Made by a program: the position numbers and the translations under genes
Origin: Nitrospirales bacterium
GTDB taxonomy: Bacteria; Nitrospirota; Nitrospiria; Nitrospirales; UBA8639
Assembly (NCBI GenBank): GCA_965203295.1
Contig: CBDBCZ010000019.1
Coordinates: 1,984,001-2,048,000, forward strand
Reading direction: 5' to 3'
Length of the DNA stretch: 64,000 bases
In this document: positions 53,157 through 63,428 of the stretch, piece by piece
How the letters are laid out: each line of letters starts with the position of its first letter
Position numbering within the stretch: position 1 is the stretch's first letter
The notes under the pieces: model-generated
Databases searched by the model: none
The model's input: only the letters and a program-made list of their open reading frames with translations
What the model was told of the DNA's origin: nothing

Positions 53157-53314
53157 CCGTTCCGATTTTTCCTTCCTAGAAGCCTCTTTTCTTGATACAC
53201 CCTTAGGCTACGAACGGCATGCATCCTTGCATCTGATGACACAGCAGAAAGAGAGCGAGAAAAAGAGAACTTGCCACGACACAACTCGCAGCAGGCAAAA
53301 AGGTTTAAAACAAA

Positions 53315-54631
53315 ATGTATAAAAGGATGAATGAGATATTGCCAATCTTGTTTTGCTTATACTTGTTCTCGGTCGGCTTGTTGAGCCCAGCTTTGGCTGG
53401 GGATTTCCAAGTTGGTCAAACCATGAGTTTGCACGCAACAAAACCGATAGGGGTTCCTTTGCATCGGGAACCTACGCCCAGCTTTTGGAAACATGTTCCG
53501 CACGGTTCTCTGGCTACGATTCGGAAAATTACGAAAGATGGGCGGTGGCTTGACATTATGTTGGAGACGGGGGAAGAAGGGTGGGTGGTCCAAAAGTATC
53601 TCCAGCCAGCTCCCTCAGGACCAGACCAGTCGGATAAAACCTCGGACCCTGCCCGAGATGAACAAATCGTGTGGTCATCACCCACTCAATGCGAACAGGT
53701 TGTTCATGATAGAAGACGCATGGTTCCCGCTTCTTCCTCAACTCTTCTGTTGGCAACCTGGAATGTTCGATGGTTTCCGAACGGCCAACCTCCGAATCAA
53801 CCTGAGAACTTCGCAGCCAGCATAGATCTCAATTGGCTCGTCTGTACGATTATATGGATGAACGTGGACATTTTGGCGGTCCAAGAAAGTTTGGCCACTC
53901 CCGAAGCTCGAAAAGCTTGGGATGTGGTCGTCACAACATTGCAACAGAAAACCGAGGCCAGGTGGCGTTGGTCACGCCAACGGTGCGGACATCCTGATGC
54001 TCACCATATTGGTTTTTTGTGGAACACGAGACGCGTGACCCTTTCTCATTTCGACAGCCTTTGGCAGCTCAATGCGAAAGCCAAATCCTTCCATGAACCT
54101 TGCGCAGGGGGCCTCCGCCCAGGGCATTACGCCTGGGTGAAGTCGCGCGCGAAGAACGGCGTTGATTTTCATTTGATTGCGGTCCATTTAAAATCAGGCC
54201 CAACTGTGGCAGCTGTGGAAGAACGACATCGCGCCCTGAATCGTATTGACAAGGCTATCGCTCCCTTACTTGATCAGGACCAGGATGTCGTGATTCTGGG
54301 TGATCTCAATACCATGGGTGCGGGCGACAGGAGGTCAAGATCCTACGAGCTTAAATCTCTCCGCCGACTGGTGGCTAAGGAACAGCCAGGGTTTCAGGAT
54401 CTGCCCATTGAGCCACAGTGCACTCAGTATTTTCGAGGACGAGGTGGTTGGCTGGATCATGTGCTGGTGACAAAAGGCATGAGAGAATTGGCAGGCACAT
54501 CAGGACAGGTAACCGGGTATTGCGCTGTAGCGAATTGCCGACGAATCAAAGGCGATTATCCCCCTGCCTATCGCCGGTTATCAGATCATTGTCCGGTTAT
54601 TTTTCAAATCAAGGATCGGGATCTGGATTAA
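53315..54631 (+). CDS. Secreted SH3-like plus endonuclease/exonuclease/phosphatase (EEP) protein
   Basis: Signal peptide, GEEGWV (SH3b), ATWNVRW, AVQE, VHLKS, GDLN, LDHV and SDHCPV. Confidence 0.85.
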   Translation: MYKRMNEILPILFCLYLFSVGLLSPALAGDFQVGQTMSLHATKPIGVPLHREPTPSFWKHVPHGSLATIRKITKDGRWLDIMLETGEEGWVVQKYLQPAPSGPDQSDKTSDPARDEQIVWSSPTQCEQVVHDRRRMVPASSSTLLLATWNVRWFPNGQPPNQPENFAASIDLNWLVCTIIWMNVDILAVQESLATPEARKAWDVVVTTLQQKTEARWRWSRQRCGHPDAHHIGFLWNTRRVTLSHFDSLWQLNAKAKSFHEPCAGGLRPGHYAWVKSRAKNGVDFHLIAVHLKSGPTVAAVEERHRALNRIDKAIAPLLDQDQDVVILGDLNTMGAGDRRSRSYELKSLRRLVAKEQPGFQDLPIEPQCTQYFRGRGGWLDHVLVTKGMRELAGTSGQVTGYCAVANCRRIKGDYPPAYRRLSDHCPVIFQIKDRDLD

Positions 54632-54766
54632 GGCCTGGCAGCCGTGGCTCCTATTAGGGCTTCGGTCACCGACGCGCCAAAGCTTCAGCGGCGAGCGCGT
54701 CGGCGGGTAAATTTCCTCATTGAAAAAAACAAGTCCCGACGCCTTTCCTGGCCATGGTTTATTGGC

Positions 54767-55672
54767 TCACCGCTTCCGAGGCTGTGAGGTTTCTAAAATT
54801 TCTCCCCATCGAGACAAGAATGTGGTCACAAATCTGTGTTCTTGGGTGGGTTCGACAGCACGCGGTGCAATGGCTAATCCCACAGCCAAGGCAATGTGGT
54901 ACCTCACTGACCTGGAAGCCACTGCGCGCCGATATGCCGGATGAGCTTGGTTCATCCAAATTGCTGATTCCACTAACCGCCCTAACTCCGGGTCTCCTGG
55001 ACGCTCTTCGAATTGAATTTCTAGACCTAATCGTCCTGCACGGTTTGGACTTCCTTTGCCAGGAAGCAAGACTGAATCCATAGAAACCGAAGAACCCTGT
55101 ATCGACTCCTCACGGTGTTCTGTTATCTGTTGGGGACTTGATTCTTGAAAGTCATTGACCGACTCAGCTTGATCCTATTCGTTCACCATAGACGGGACAA
55201 GCCCGGTTATCATTAACATTTGCGCATTTTCAACTGAACCAGGACCTCCCAATGGAAGCCGTTTCTGGCCTCCCTTCTTATGCTCCACTAAAGTCCCTAA
55301 CAAGGGAGACAGGTCAGACAAATCCTCTAGGACTCGCTCAAGATCGCGTTCCAGCGGACGCTTTTGGCGAGACGGCATATCCTCCTCAGCATCACGCGCA
55401 TCTCCCCAGTCGGATAGCTGTCGTTGCACGACTTGTTGAATCGCTTTGCGGTAACCAAGATATGTGGCACCTCGTGATCCAATACGGATGAAATCTCCTT
55501 TATTGACGGTTAACATCGTCCTTGTGGAATCTGTCATGAGAGCTACTTCGTAAGCCCTTGAGTCCAGAGAGTTAGCGATCACTTCCGTGAGAATGGTTTC
55601 CTCCAATCCTCCTAGGTATGCATCCCGTAAGTCTTCCAGCAGATGAAGCAAATCAACTCGTGTTTCACCCAT
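54767..55672 (-). pseudogene. GHKL (HATPase_c/MutL-like) ATP-binding protein remnant
   Basis: N-box LTEVIANSLDS is present but the DxGxG/G2 boxes are absent (deletion near 55510). The in-frame TAG at 55175-55177 joins ORFs 55175..55672 and 54767..55081. Confidence 0.7.
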
Positions 55673-55927
55673 AGATTACACTCAATACCTTGTTTTTTAG
55701 GAAAGCCTTTTAGGAATTGCGAGCCAATTGTTTACCATGTCACTAAGTCCAGGCAAAATCTGAACCCCCTATGTGTATCCAAAATGATCCAATTGGTGAG
55801 TAGAAGGCCACTTCAATCAACCTCTCCTTTCACATTTCCCAGTATTTTTCGTGCCCCTTCTTTAATTTGTTATCAAAATCACGCTTTCCTTGGTTATTTA
55901 CCCACTGCGTTCATTCTATTTTCCACC

Positions 55928-55989
55928 TTGACAAATCTAACAGAATCACACAATATATAGTAGTTTTACTTATAGTAAAACTCTATATA
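55928..55989 (+). promoter_or_regulatory. Sigma70 promoter overlapped by an NrdR-box-like site and a palindrome
   Basis: TTGACA at 55928-55933; ACACAATATATAGTAG at 55948-55963; inverted repeat TATATAG-T-AGTTTTACT/AGTAAAACT-CTATATA. Confidence 0.5.
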
Positions 55990-56143
55990 CACGATTTATT
56001 CTGTTATTTTTATTTAGGTGTAAAATACTAAATATTATGAAGAAATTTAATGGAGGTTCGAAAATTGCAGAAAGTGCGGATATTCTGAATAACGGATCCA
56101 ATTCCTAAACTTGTGGTTCACCCAACGCAAAAGGAGACGCGTC

Positions 56144-56383
56144 ATGGCAACCCAACTCAAAGAAACATCGAAGGGGGCCGTACTCAAAAAACGTCGAGTT
56201 AAGGGAGAAGAACGGTGGTTTGTTCGGGTCACGTGTAATTTATTCGGGCCCCGTGAATACGGACCATTTCCTGCAGAAGAAGATGCGGAACAATTTCGAG
56301 ATGGTGCTGAATTTGAACTTCGTAAATTGTTAGATCAGGAACTCCCAACACGCTCCGTGGATTTTCGACCTCCGTTTGGCTAA
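56144..56383 (+). CDS. Small hypothetical protein (79 aa)
   Basis: AAGGAG RBS before ATG 56144; WFVRV..YGPFPAEEDAEQF. Confidence 0.7.
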   Translation: MATQLKETSKGAVLKKRRVKGEERWFVRVTCNLFGPREYGPFPAEEDAEQFRDGAEFELRKLLDQELPTRSVDFRPPFG

Positions 56384-56541
56384 CTTGGAAAGATCCAGAA
56401 GATCCTAGGCATTCTGTTCTTCTCTGAATCTTACTTATTCCTACCCATGAGGTTGTGGTAGAGGATCTTTTTGATCTTCTGTCATAATCTATCAAAACAC
56501 TTTTCTTTCAGTCCTAGAAAGTTCTCCCATCATCGCCTCAT

Positions 56542-57123
56542 TCAAAAGGAGAGGATTGTTCGAATCCTTTTAGTTCTCTTCGATATCATGAGGGAACGGC
56601 GATAAACTGCGACAAACGCTGAAATCGATAGAACAGGCAACCAAATCCAAATAAACTCACTGGCTAAGACTTGCAAACCCCAGGAGCTAAAAAATTCCTG
56701 AATCCCTAAAGGCGAGACCTTGATAGGTGTCCATGGGAAGAAATAGCGGGTGTTATCAAATGGGGCGAAAAATGCGACGCCTAACCCTCCATCTGTCAGA
56801 GCGTCAAGCACTCCATGGAATACTGTCACCAAGAAAAAATGCGTCAATAGGATCCACCCATGCCGAGACAGAACCTTCACGCTCGGAAATCCCACCCTCA
56901 CCACTAGCACACTCAACAGGAAAGCGAATCCCAAGGAATGGGTTAATCCTCGATGACCCCACATATCATCGTAAGGAATCCCAAGACTCCATCCCACGAC
57001 GTCGATATCTGGGACAAGGGAACATATTATAGAAAGAACCCAAAACCGAACAGGTGGGTCACGCCATCCCCACATTTTCCCCAGGGCAACGGCCAACAAT
57101 CCATGTGCAAAAGCGGATGCCAT
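56542..57123 (-). CDS. Membrane metal-dependent hydrolase (YdjM/YbcI family)
   Basis: PDIDV, HRGLTHS, HGVLDALTDGGLG and RYFFPW. Confidence 0.9.
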   Translation of the reverse strand: MASAFAHGLLAVALGKMWGWRDPPVRFWVLSIICSLVPDIDVVGWSLGIPYDDMWGHRGLTHSLGFAFLLSVLVVRVGFPSVKVLSRHGWILLTHFFLVTVFHGVLDALTDGGLGVAFFAPFDNTRYFFPWTPIKVSPLGIQEFFSSWGLQVLASEFIWIWLPVLSISAFVAVYRRSLMISKRTKRIRTILSF

Positions 57124-57223
57124 GTGTGTCTATTTTCGATTGATGTCTGGAAGAGACCTTATTCCCTAGATCCGTCAATATTCAATTCCAATGCCTTTTC
57201 TCCGCCTCATAGAAACTTAACCC

Positions 57224-59218
57224 TTGATCCTCATGGACAATAAACTTTTTCGTTCATTCCTTACGAGCAAGCCCTTGTTCTTTTCATTCCCATTCTCACC
57301 ATCTTTCCACCAAATTCCTACCAAGCCTTGGCGAAGTTCCCCTCTTTTCTTGCTTACTGCTGCGGTAATTTCTTTGTGTATCCTCATAGGAGTCGCCTTT
57401 GGATCAGACATTGCAGTGACTTCTCCACGTCCCTATTCACATAACACAAACACCACTGACAGCTCTTTTACCCGCACTTCTCGCTATCTCACCATGCGCG
57501 ATGGGGTCAAGATTGCAGTGGATGTCTACCTGCCAGCCGACATGAACTCCAATGATCGTCTGCCGACCCTTCTTCACCAAATCCGATATTGGCGAGCCGT
57601 TGCCTACCAATGGCCCTTGAGCATAGTGAAAAACCCAGAAACACGAGGATACATCGGAATCTTTGCCAAACGATTTCTTGCAAACGGATATGCATGGGTG
57701 GATGTGGATGTACGTGGATCCGGAGCCTCATTCGGTAAGAGACGGTTTTCTCATTCCCCTGAGGAAATTCAAGACGGGGCGGAAGTTGTTGAGTGGATTA
57801 TCCACCAACCTTGGTCCAACGGACGAGTGGGATCAATAGGGATCTCCTATGGTGGAGCCTCGGCTGAACTTCTTTTGGCTAACCAACATCCAGTGGTTAA
57901 GGCTGCGGCTCCCCTTTTTTCTGGTTTTGACTTGTACCCGGAAATTGCCTTCCCAGGCGGGATTCAGCTCACGTGGTTCACGAAAACCTGGAGTTATATC
58001 AACCACCAACTGGACTCCAATGCGCTTCCTTTCGCTGGATGGTTCACCAAATTTCTGATCCAGGGTGTTTCTCCGGTAGATACGGACCCAGAAGGAACAC
58101 TCTTGGCAGCTGCCATACAAGACCATCAACTGAATTGGGACCCCCATACGGAAGGATTGGGAATTACATTCCGTGACGATCCTCCCCCTTCCCGTTCTGC
58201 TCCCAACATTGATGCGTTGAGCCCCTTTACCTCATCCCCAGCCCTCATGGATTCTGGAGCCGCCATTTACAGCTATAGCGGATGGCTTGACGGTGGATAC
58301 CAGCATGGAGCCATTCGAAGGCACCTTACCCTGACCAATCCCGGCAACAAACTGATTATTGGTCCCTGGGACCATGGTGGCAAACGAAATATCAGTCCAA
58401 CCAACATAGGACCATCGGCATTCGATCACGGTGGAGAATTACTCAAATTTTTTGATTATCATTTGAAGGGAGTGACTAATGGGATCACGCAGGAGAAACC
58501 GATCCACTATTTTACGATGGTTGAGGATCAATGGAAGGCCATCGACCACTGGCTACCCGCATCAACTCTCACGACCTACTACTTTGGCCCCAACCATTCT
58601 CTTTCCTCTCAAGCCCTTGATGAGCATGGTGGTTCAGATTCATACATGGTCAACCCCACTGTAGGAACGGGCCGACAAACGCGTTGGAACACCTTGGTGG
58701 GAAAACCCATCACCAATCCTTATCCCCACCAAAACCAAAAAAGCCAAAAACTCCTCCTTTATACATCAGATCCCCTCGATCAAGACACGGAAGTGACCGG
58801 TCATCCACTCATAACCCTTTAGGTCAGTTCGACTGCGAGGGATGGTGCGTTTTTCGCCTATTTTGAGGATGTCGATCCACAAGGTCACGTGACGTACGTC
58901 ACAGAAGAAATGATCCGGGCTCTTCATCGCCAACTTCGCAATGACTCACAGCCTTATTCTGACCTCGTTCCTTATCGAACATTTTCCCGTGCTGATTCAC
59001 GTCCTTTAATCCCTGAGGAAATCGCGAATATAACCTTTGACTTACTTCCCACCTCCTATCTGTTTAAAAAAGACCACCGTATCCAAATAGCTTTGGCCGG
59101 AGCGGATCCAGACCATTTTCTCCAAATCCCATCAAACATAGTGGAAAATGCCCCGACGTTGACTCTTTACCGACATGCTCCCTATCTTTCTCATATCCAA
59201 CTTCCCATTGTCCTCTAA
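57224..59218 (+). pseudogene. CocE/NonD (S15) hydrolase interrupted by an in-frame TAG at 58820-58822
   Basis: MRDGVKIAVDVYLP, DVRGSGASFG, GISYGG and GPWDH; the frame continues after the stop (VSSTARDG..TE..IRA..LLPTSYLF..HRIQIALAG). Confidence 0.85.
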
Positions 59219-59532
59219 TTCTGGGCAATTCATGATTTTGCGACAAGAACGATCCACTAATATTTTTCCCTTACAGATCCCGAGCTAAGTCCTTTTGTTT
59301 TCACGCGAAATTTCAATTCCCCAACTCCATCCCCAAAAAATGGGGACAACGTTGTGGAAAGCATGCGTAATATAAAAAACACCCTGCATTGAAGCCATAT
59401 AAACCATTTTGCATTAAGTTTAGGCATTGTGGTTGCCCTCGACTTCACCACAAAATCTGGATTCGGATTAGCCCCCAAGAGGAACCACGTATCCTTTGAA
59501 TAGGGTAATAGGGCACGGTATGGGAATAAAGA

Positions 59533-60174
59533 TTATTGGGGTTTGATGATGAGGACTCCATCACGAATTGTGACGAGCACGGCTGAAACTCGAGGGTCTC
59601 TTGCCACGACTCGATTTAGTTCTTGAATCACTGCGGTGGTCTCATCTCCAGGTGGATGTCGAATGACCTCCCCGCTCCAAAGCACATTATCAATAAGGAT
59701 GACACCGTTATCCGAAATGAAGTCCAAATTCCGCTGGTAATAATTCAGGTAATTGATTTTATCCGCGTCAATAAAAATCACATCAAAATGGCCAGAGAGT
59801 CCATTTAAAGTTTCCAATGCCGGGGCCAGCCGCAGATCGATCTTTGAGCCATGAGGGCTTTGGGCAAAGTGCTTTTTGGCAATCGCGGTGGCATCAGGAT
59901 CAATGTCACAAGTGATGATTGTTCCGTCAGCAGGTAGGACTTCGGCAAAACAGAGTGCACTGTAGCCTGTAAAGGTTCCAATCTCTAAAATTCGCTGAGC
60001 GTTGACCATTTGAGACATCATCTTTAAGAAAGCCCCTTCCAAGGGTCCCACCAACATCTGCGACAATTCCATGGTTTTTATGGTTTCTTCTCGAAGCTTA
60101 TGGCAGATTGTGGACTCAGGAATAGAATGGGCCTCCGCATAAGTTTCAACTTCCGGTGCAATTAACGTTTTCAT
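59533..60174 (-). CDS. Class I O-methyltransferase (caffeoyl-CoA OMT-like)
   Basis: LEIGTFTGYSAL, FIDADK, DNVLWSG and IRDG; likely start MKTL at 60174. Confidence 0.92.
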   Translation of the reverse strand: MKTLIAPEVETYAEAHSIPESTICHKLREETIKTMELSQMLVGPLEGAFLKMMSQMVNAQRILEIGTFTGYSALCFAEVLPADGTIITCDIDPDATAIAKKHFAQSPHGSKIDLRLAPALETLNGLSGHFDVIFIDADKINYLNYYQRNLDFISDNGVILIDNVLWSGEVIRHPPGDETTAVIQELNRVVARDPRVSAVLVTIRDGVLIIKPQ

Positions 60175-60376
60175 GAAAGATCCTTTCTCTTTATTCAACC
60201 AAACAGCCTGTGCTCTATACTCCTCTTCCAACATGGAGACGAGATAAAAAGCACTGCATTTCCATCACTAACCCTTGCATCCCATTGCATCCATCTGGTT
60301 TCATACGTAAAGTGTCGTTCTCCCAAATCCCTTAATGAAGTTCATTCTTTTATTATTTTTCAGCAATTAGCGCCAT

Positions 60377-61903
60377 ATGAATTCATCTGAAACATTAGAA
60401 CAACTCAACCACAAACTTCGTGAGATTCATCACTTGAAGGATGCCGTGGCCCTCCTTTCTTGGGATCAGGAAACCTACATGCCAGCCAGTGGAGGTGAGG
60501 CGCGCGCCGATCAGATCGCGACGCTCCAAACCCTCGCCCACAAGGGGTTGACCTCTCCTGAAATAGAGGATCTGCTAACCACTTGGATCGACCCAGAAAC
60601 AGGCGAAGGGCATTCCCAATATGCTTTGCTTGATGCGCGAACACAAGCCTTACTTCGTGAGACATGGCGTGACTTCAACCGTGCCAGAAAACTTCCCTCT
60701 TCTTTTGTCAATCGCTTGGAACGCGAATGCTCTCTTGCCCAACAGGCCTGGACAGAAGCCAAAGGGAAAAATGATTTTGTCACGTTTTTTCCTCATCTTC
60801 GGACTATTGTTTCTCTTAAACATGAGGAAACCCAGTACGTCGGATATTCTGAATCTCCTTACAACGCACTGCTGGATACCTATGAACCAGGTCTCACGGT
60901 TGCCCAAATCAAGCCATTGTTTTCCCGGATGAGGGAAAAGCTTGTTCCTCTTCTTGATAACATCCGTCAGGCTCCGATTCAACCCAAGGATGCTCTGCTT
61001 CATCAACCCTTTGATCCTGACAAACAAATGACGTTTGGTCGCATGGTCCTCACTCGCATGGGCTATGATTTTCAAAAAGGTCGCCTCGACTTATCAGCCC
61101 ACCCCTTTACCACTTCTTTTCATCCTACGGATGTTCGTGTCACCACCAGAGTCTTTGAAAAAGACCTTCCTTCCTGTTTGTTTAGTTGCATACACGAAGG
61201 CGGACATGGTCTTTACGAACAAGGTCTGCCGTCTGATGACCATGGAACGCCCTTAGGGGAACCTATTTCCCTTGGGATGCATGAAAGTCAGTCGCGGTTG
61301 TGGGAAAATTGTATCGGGCGCTCACTTTCATTTTGGAGTTACTTCTTCCCTCACCTCCAACAAACCTTCCCAAAACAATTGAGCCACACATCACTCGAAG
61401 AATTTTACCGAGCCATCAATACCGTCAAGCCTTCTTTCATCCGCGCAGAGGCGGACGAAGTCACGTATAATTTGCACATCATGCTTCGTTTTGAGATCGA
61501 ACTGGACTTATTGGAACGCCGCATCGAGGTCGAGGACTTGCCCAGTTTTTGGAATGAAAAAATGAGAGACTACCTGGGGATCGTCCCAGATCGTAATTCC
61601 GATGGAGTGCTTCAGGACGTGCATTGGTCACTCGGCGCTTTTGGGTACTTCCCAACCTATACGTTGGGCAATTTGTATGCGGCCATGCTGTACCATCAAG
61701 CCAACATGGATCTTCCAGATTTTCAGTCTCGGATTGCAGCCGGCGAGCTTACGGCATTGAAGAATTGGTTACAGACTAAAGTCCATCGTTGGGGTCGACA
61801 GTTTACATCTGAAGAATTGATATACCAGATTACCGGGCAAAGCCTGAATACCGAACCGTTTCTTCAGTATGTGGAAGAGAAAATAAAAACTGTGTATGGT
61901 TAG
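60377..61903 (+). CDS. M32 carboxypeptidase (carboxypeptidase Taq family)
   Basis: LLSWDQETYMP, HPFT, HEGGHGLYEQ, HESQS and LQDVHW..GYFPTYTLGN. Confidence 0.96.
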   Translation: MNSSETLEQLNHKLREIHHLKDAVALLSWDQETYMPASGGEARADQIATLQTLAHKGLTSPEIEDLLTTWIDPETGEGHSQYALLDARTQALLRETWRDFNRARKLPSSFVNRLERECSLAQQAWTEAKGKNDFVTFFPHLRTIVSLKHEETQYVGYSESPYNALLDTYEPGLTVAQIKPLFSRMREKLVPLLDNIRQAPIQPKDALLHQPFDPDKQMTFGRMVLTRMGYDFQKGRLDLSAHPFTTSFHPTDVRVTTRVFEKDLPSCLFSCIHEGGHGLYEQGLPSDDHGTPLGEPISLGMHESQSRLWENCIGRSLSFWSYFFPHLQQTFPKQLSHTSLEEFYRAINTVKPSFIRAEADEVTYNLHIMLRFEIELDLLERRIEVEDLPSFWNEKMRDYLGIVPDRNSDGVLQDVHWSLGAFGYFPTYTLGNLYAAMLYHQANMDLPDFQSRIAAGELTALKNWLQTKVHRWGRQFTSEELIYQITGQSLNTEPFLQYVEEKIKTVYG

Positions 61904-62126
61904 ATCTCCTATGCCTTTTATCTATAAAGGCATGTCACGTGTCCCACTTCTTCCATAATCTTCTCCACCCCCACATTGATGTTATCCAACTAGATAAACT
62001 TTCGTATCCGTAAAGATACAGACTTCTCCTTTGAACCTCCTGCCAACATTCCTGATCTTTTAAATTCTCCTTTGAAATTAAAGAATTCGATCTTTCCAAT
62101 GCACGGTGTGGATAGAATTATCTTTC

Positions 62127-62142
62127 TGGCATATTTCCTGCT
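62127..62142 (+). promoter_or_regulatory. Sigma54 (-24/-12) promoter for the comEA-like gene
   Basis: TGGCATATTTCCTGCT fits GG-N10-GC, 55 nt before the ATG. Confidence 0.6.
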
Positions 62143-62197
62143 CTATTCGTCAATTAGCAAACATTCACAATCATTTTTTTAACAAAGGAGGAAGAAC

Positions 62198-62494
62198 ATG
62201 ATGAAACCGTTCTTGCAATCACCCCATTCTCTTCTCATGAAGACAATGGGGGTGTTTCTTTTGGTGTTAGGCCTGCAGGGATTAGGGATGGCCATGGAAG
62301 GAAAGGTCGATGTAAACACTGCAACCGTGAAGGAACTTCAAATGCTTCCGGGCGTTGGGAAGGCCATTGCCGAGCGCATTGTCGAATATCGAAAAACCAA
62401 TGGCCCTTTTGAGTCGGTTGACGATCTCAAGAACGTCAAAGGCATTGGAAAGGCCAAACTTGATAAGCTCAAGGATCATGTCAACATCGAGTAG
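62198..62494 (+). CDS. comEA: ComEA-like secreted HhH DNA-binding protein
   Basis: Signal peptide, VDVNTA..LPGVG..IVEYR..NGPF..VKGIG; AAGGAGG RBS. Confidence 0.9.
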   Translation: MMKPFLQSPHSLLMKTMGVFLLVLGLQGLGMAMEGKVDVNTATVKELQMLPGVGKAIAERIVEYRKTNGPFESVDDLKNVKGIGKAKLDKLKDHVNIE

Positions 62495-62543
62495 TAGCAG
62501 ATTCAATAAGGGCTCGATGAAATAGAAAGATCATCCATGTGAT

Positions 62544-62582
62544 GGAGGGGGATCACGGGAGTTTTTCCCAGTCCCCTTCCTC
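62544..62582. terminator. Hairpin between convergent genes
   Basis: Imperfect inverted repeat GAGGGGGA..GGGA/TCCC..TCCCCTTCCTC. Confidence 0.45.
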
Positions 62583-62642
62583 ACAGTACGTAATACATTC
62601 CCTCATCCCTTTCCTGTGTTGGCATTGATTTATTTTAGAACT

Positions 62643-63209
62643 TTACATCCCAAGAGCGGAATTCAATCGAGCAATGACGGGAGGGGGGATCGTCAATTCA
62701 CCAGTGACCTCGATTCGAGAAGGCACGAGTAAAATCGAATGAAACGGGATGTCTCGGATGAAAAGCTTCTGATCTGGTTGATCCGTGGTACTGATTTCGA
62801 CTTGTTCGACAGAATTCGTAATCTCCCCGAAATCTTGGACAGCATATCTCCCCACAATCCCTTGAAGAATTTCCCTCACCTGTTCATTGGCTTCAATATC
62901 TTCCAGCGCCTCTTCCAGAATGGTAACCACTTCTTCGCTCTCTTCTGTCAAACTGAAGTTCTCTAATCGTTCTTTTCGCCGCAACGCAAGAAGGTCATTA
63001 TCCAAATCTTTACTGAAAGCCCCATACGCAAACCGCAGAAACTCAAAATGAAAACCCTTGAGGCCTTTCCCCAGCATCTGCAACTCACTTAAGAACACCA
63101 ACTGTTGGAGCTTCACATCACTGACCATCTGGCATTCCTGCGAGTCAGTCAAATGAAGGAGGTACAACAGCAAGGCCCGGTCAACCACGATATCCTGAGG
63201 TTTACGCAT
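62643..63209 (-). CDS. SocA/Panacea- or YwgA-like winged-helix protein
   Basis: LLLYLL..VKLQQLVFLSE..FEFLRFAYGAFSKDL..DL resembles the KLQKL..F...YGP.S..L pattern. Confidence 0.55.
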   Translation of the reverse strand: MRKPQDIVVDRALLLYLLHLTDSQECQMVSDVKLQQLVFLSELQMLGKGLKGFHFEFLRFAYGAFSKDLDNDLLALRRKERLENFSLTEESEEVVTILEEALEDIEANEQVREILQGIVGRYAVQDFGEITNSVEQVEISTTDQPDQKLFIRDIPFHSILLVPSRIEVTGELTIPPPVIARLNSALGM

Positions 63210-63428
63210 GAAATCTTCCTTTGTTGAAACTCTTCTTCACCACACAAGATTTTGAGGAGAGTGGAGTCTAACGTCCCTCTAAAAGTTCCGTCAACGAATA
63301 AGCAGGGCGATGCTGTCTCTGGCAATAGAGAAGATCATGTGTCTATTGAAATATCAGCACTCGTTACTTGACCCCACCAAAGGTTTTTCGTTTTAATAGA
63401 GAATCTGTCCTCATGTGGAGTCGATCGA

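Noticed and set aside
18583..58822. TAG recoding suggested by in-frame ambers in MOSC, MarR, GHKL and CocE
   Set aside because: TAG terminates intact genes here (pafA, thiS, envC, M32), housekeeping genes have no internal TAG, and most affected genes carry other lesions.
59220..59530. DnaA-box-like or origin sequence in the intergenic gap
   Set aside because: A single degenerate TGTGGAAAG, with no cluster of boxes or dnaA context.
63340..63420. Fur box upstream of fur
   Set aside because: Only a weak match (ATAGAGAATCTGTCCTCAT); not supportable without a PWM.
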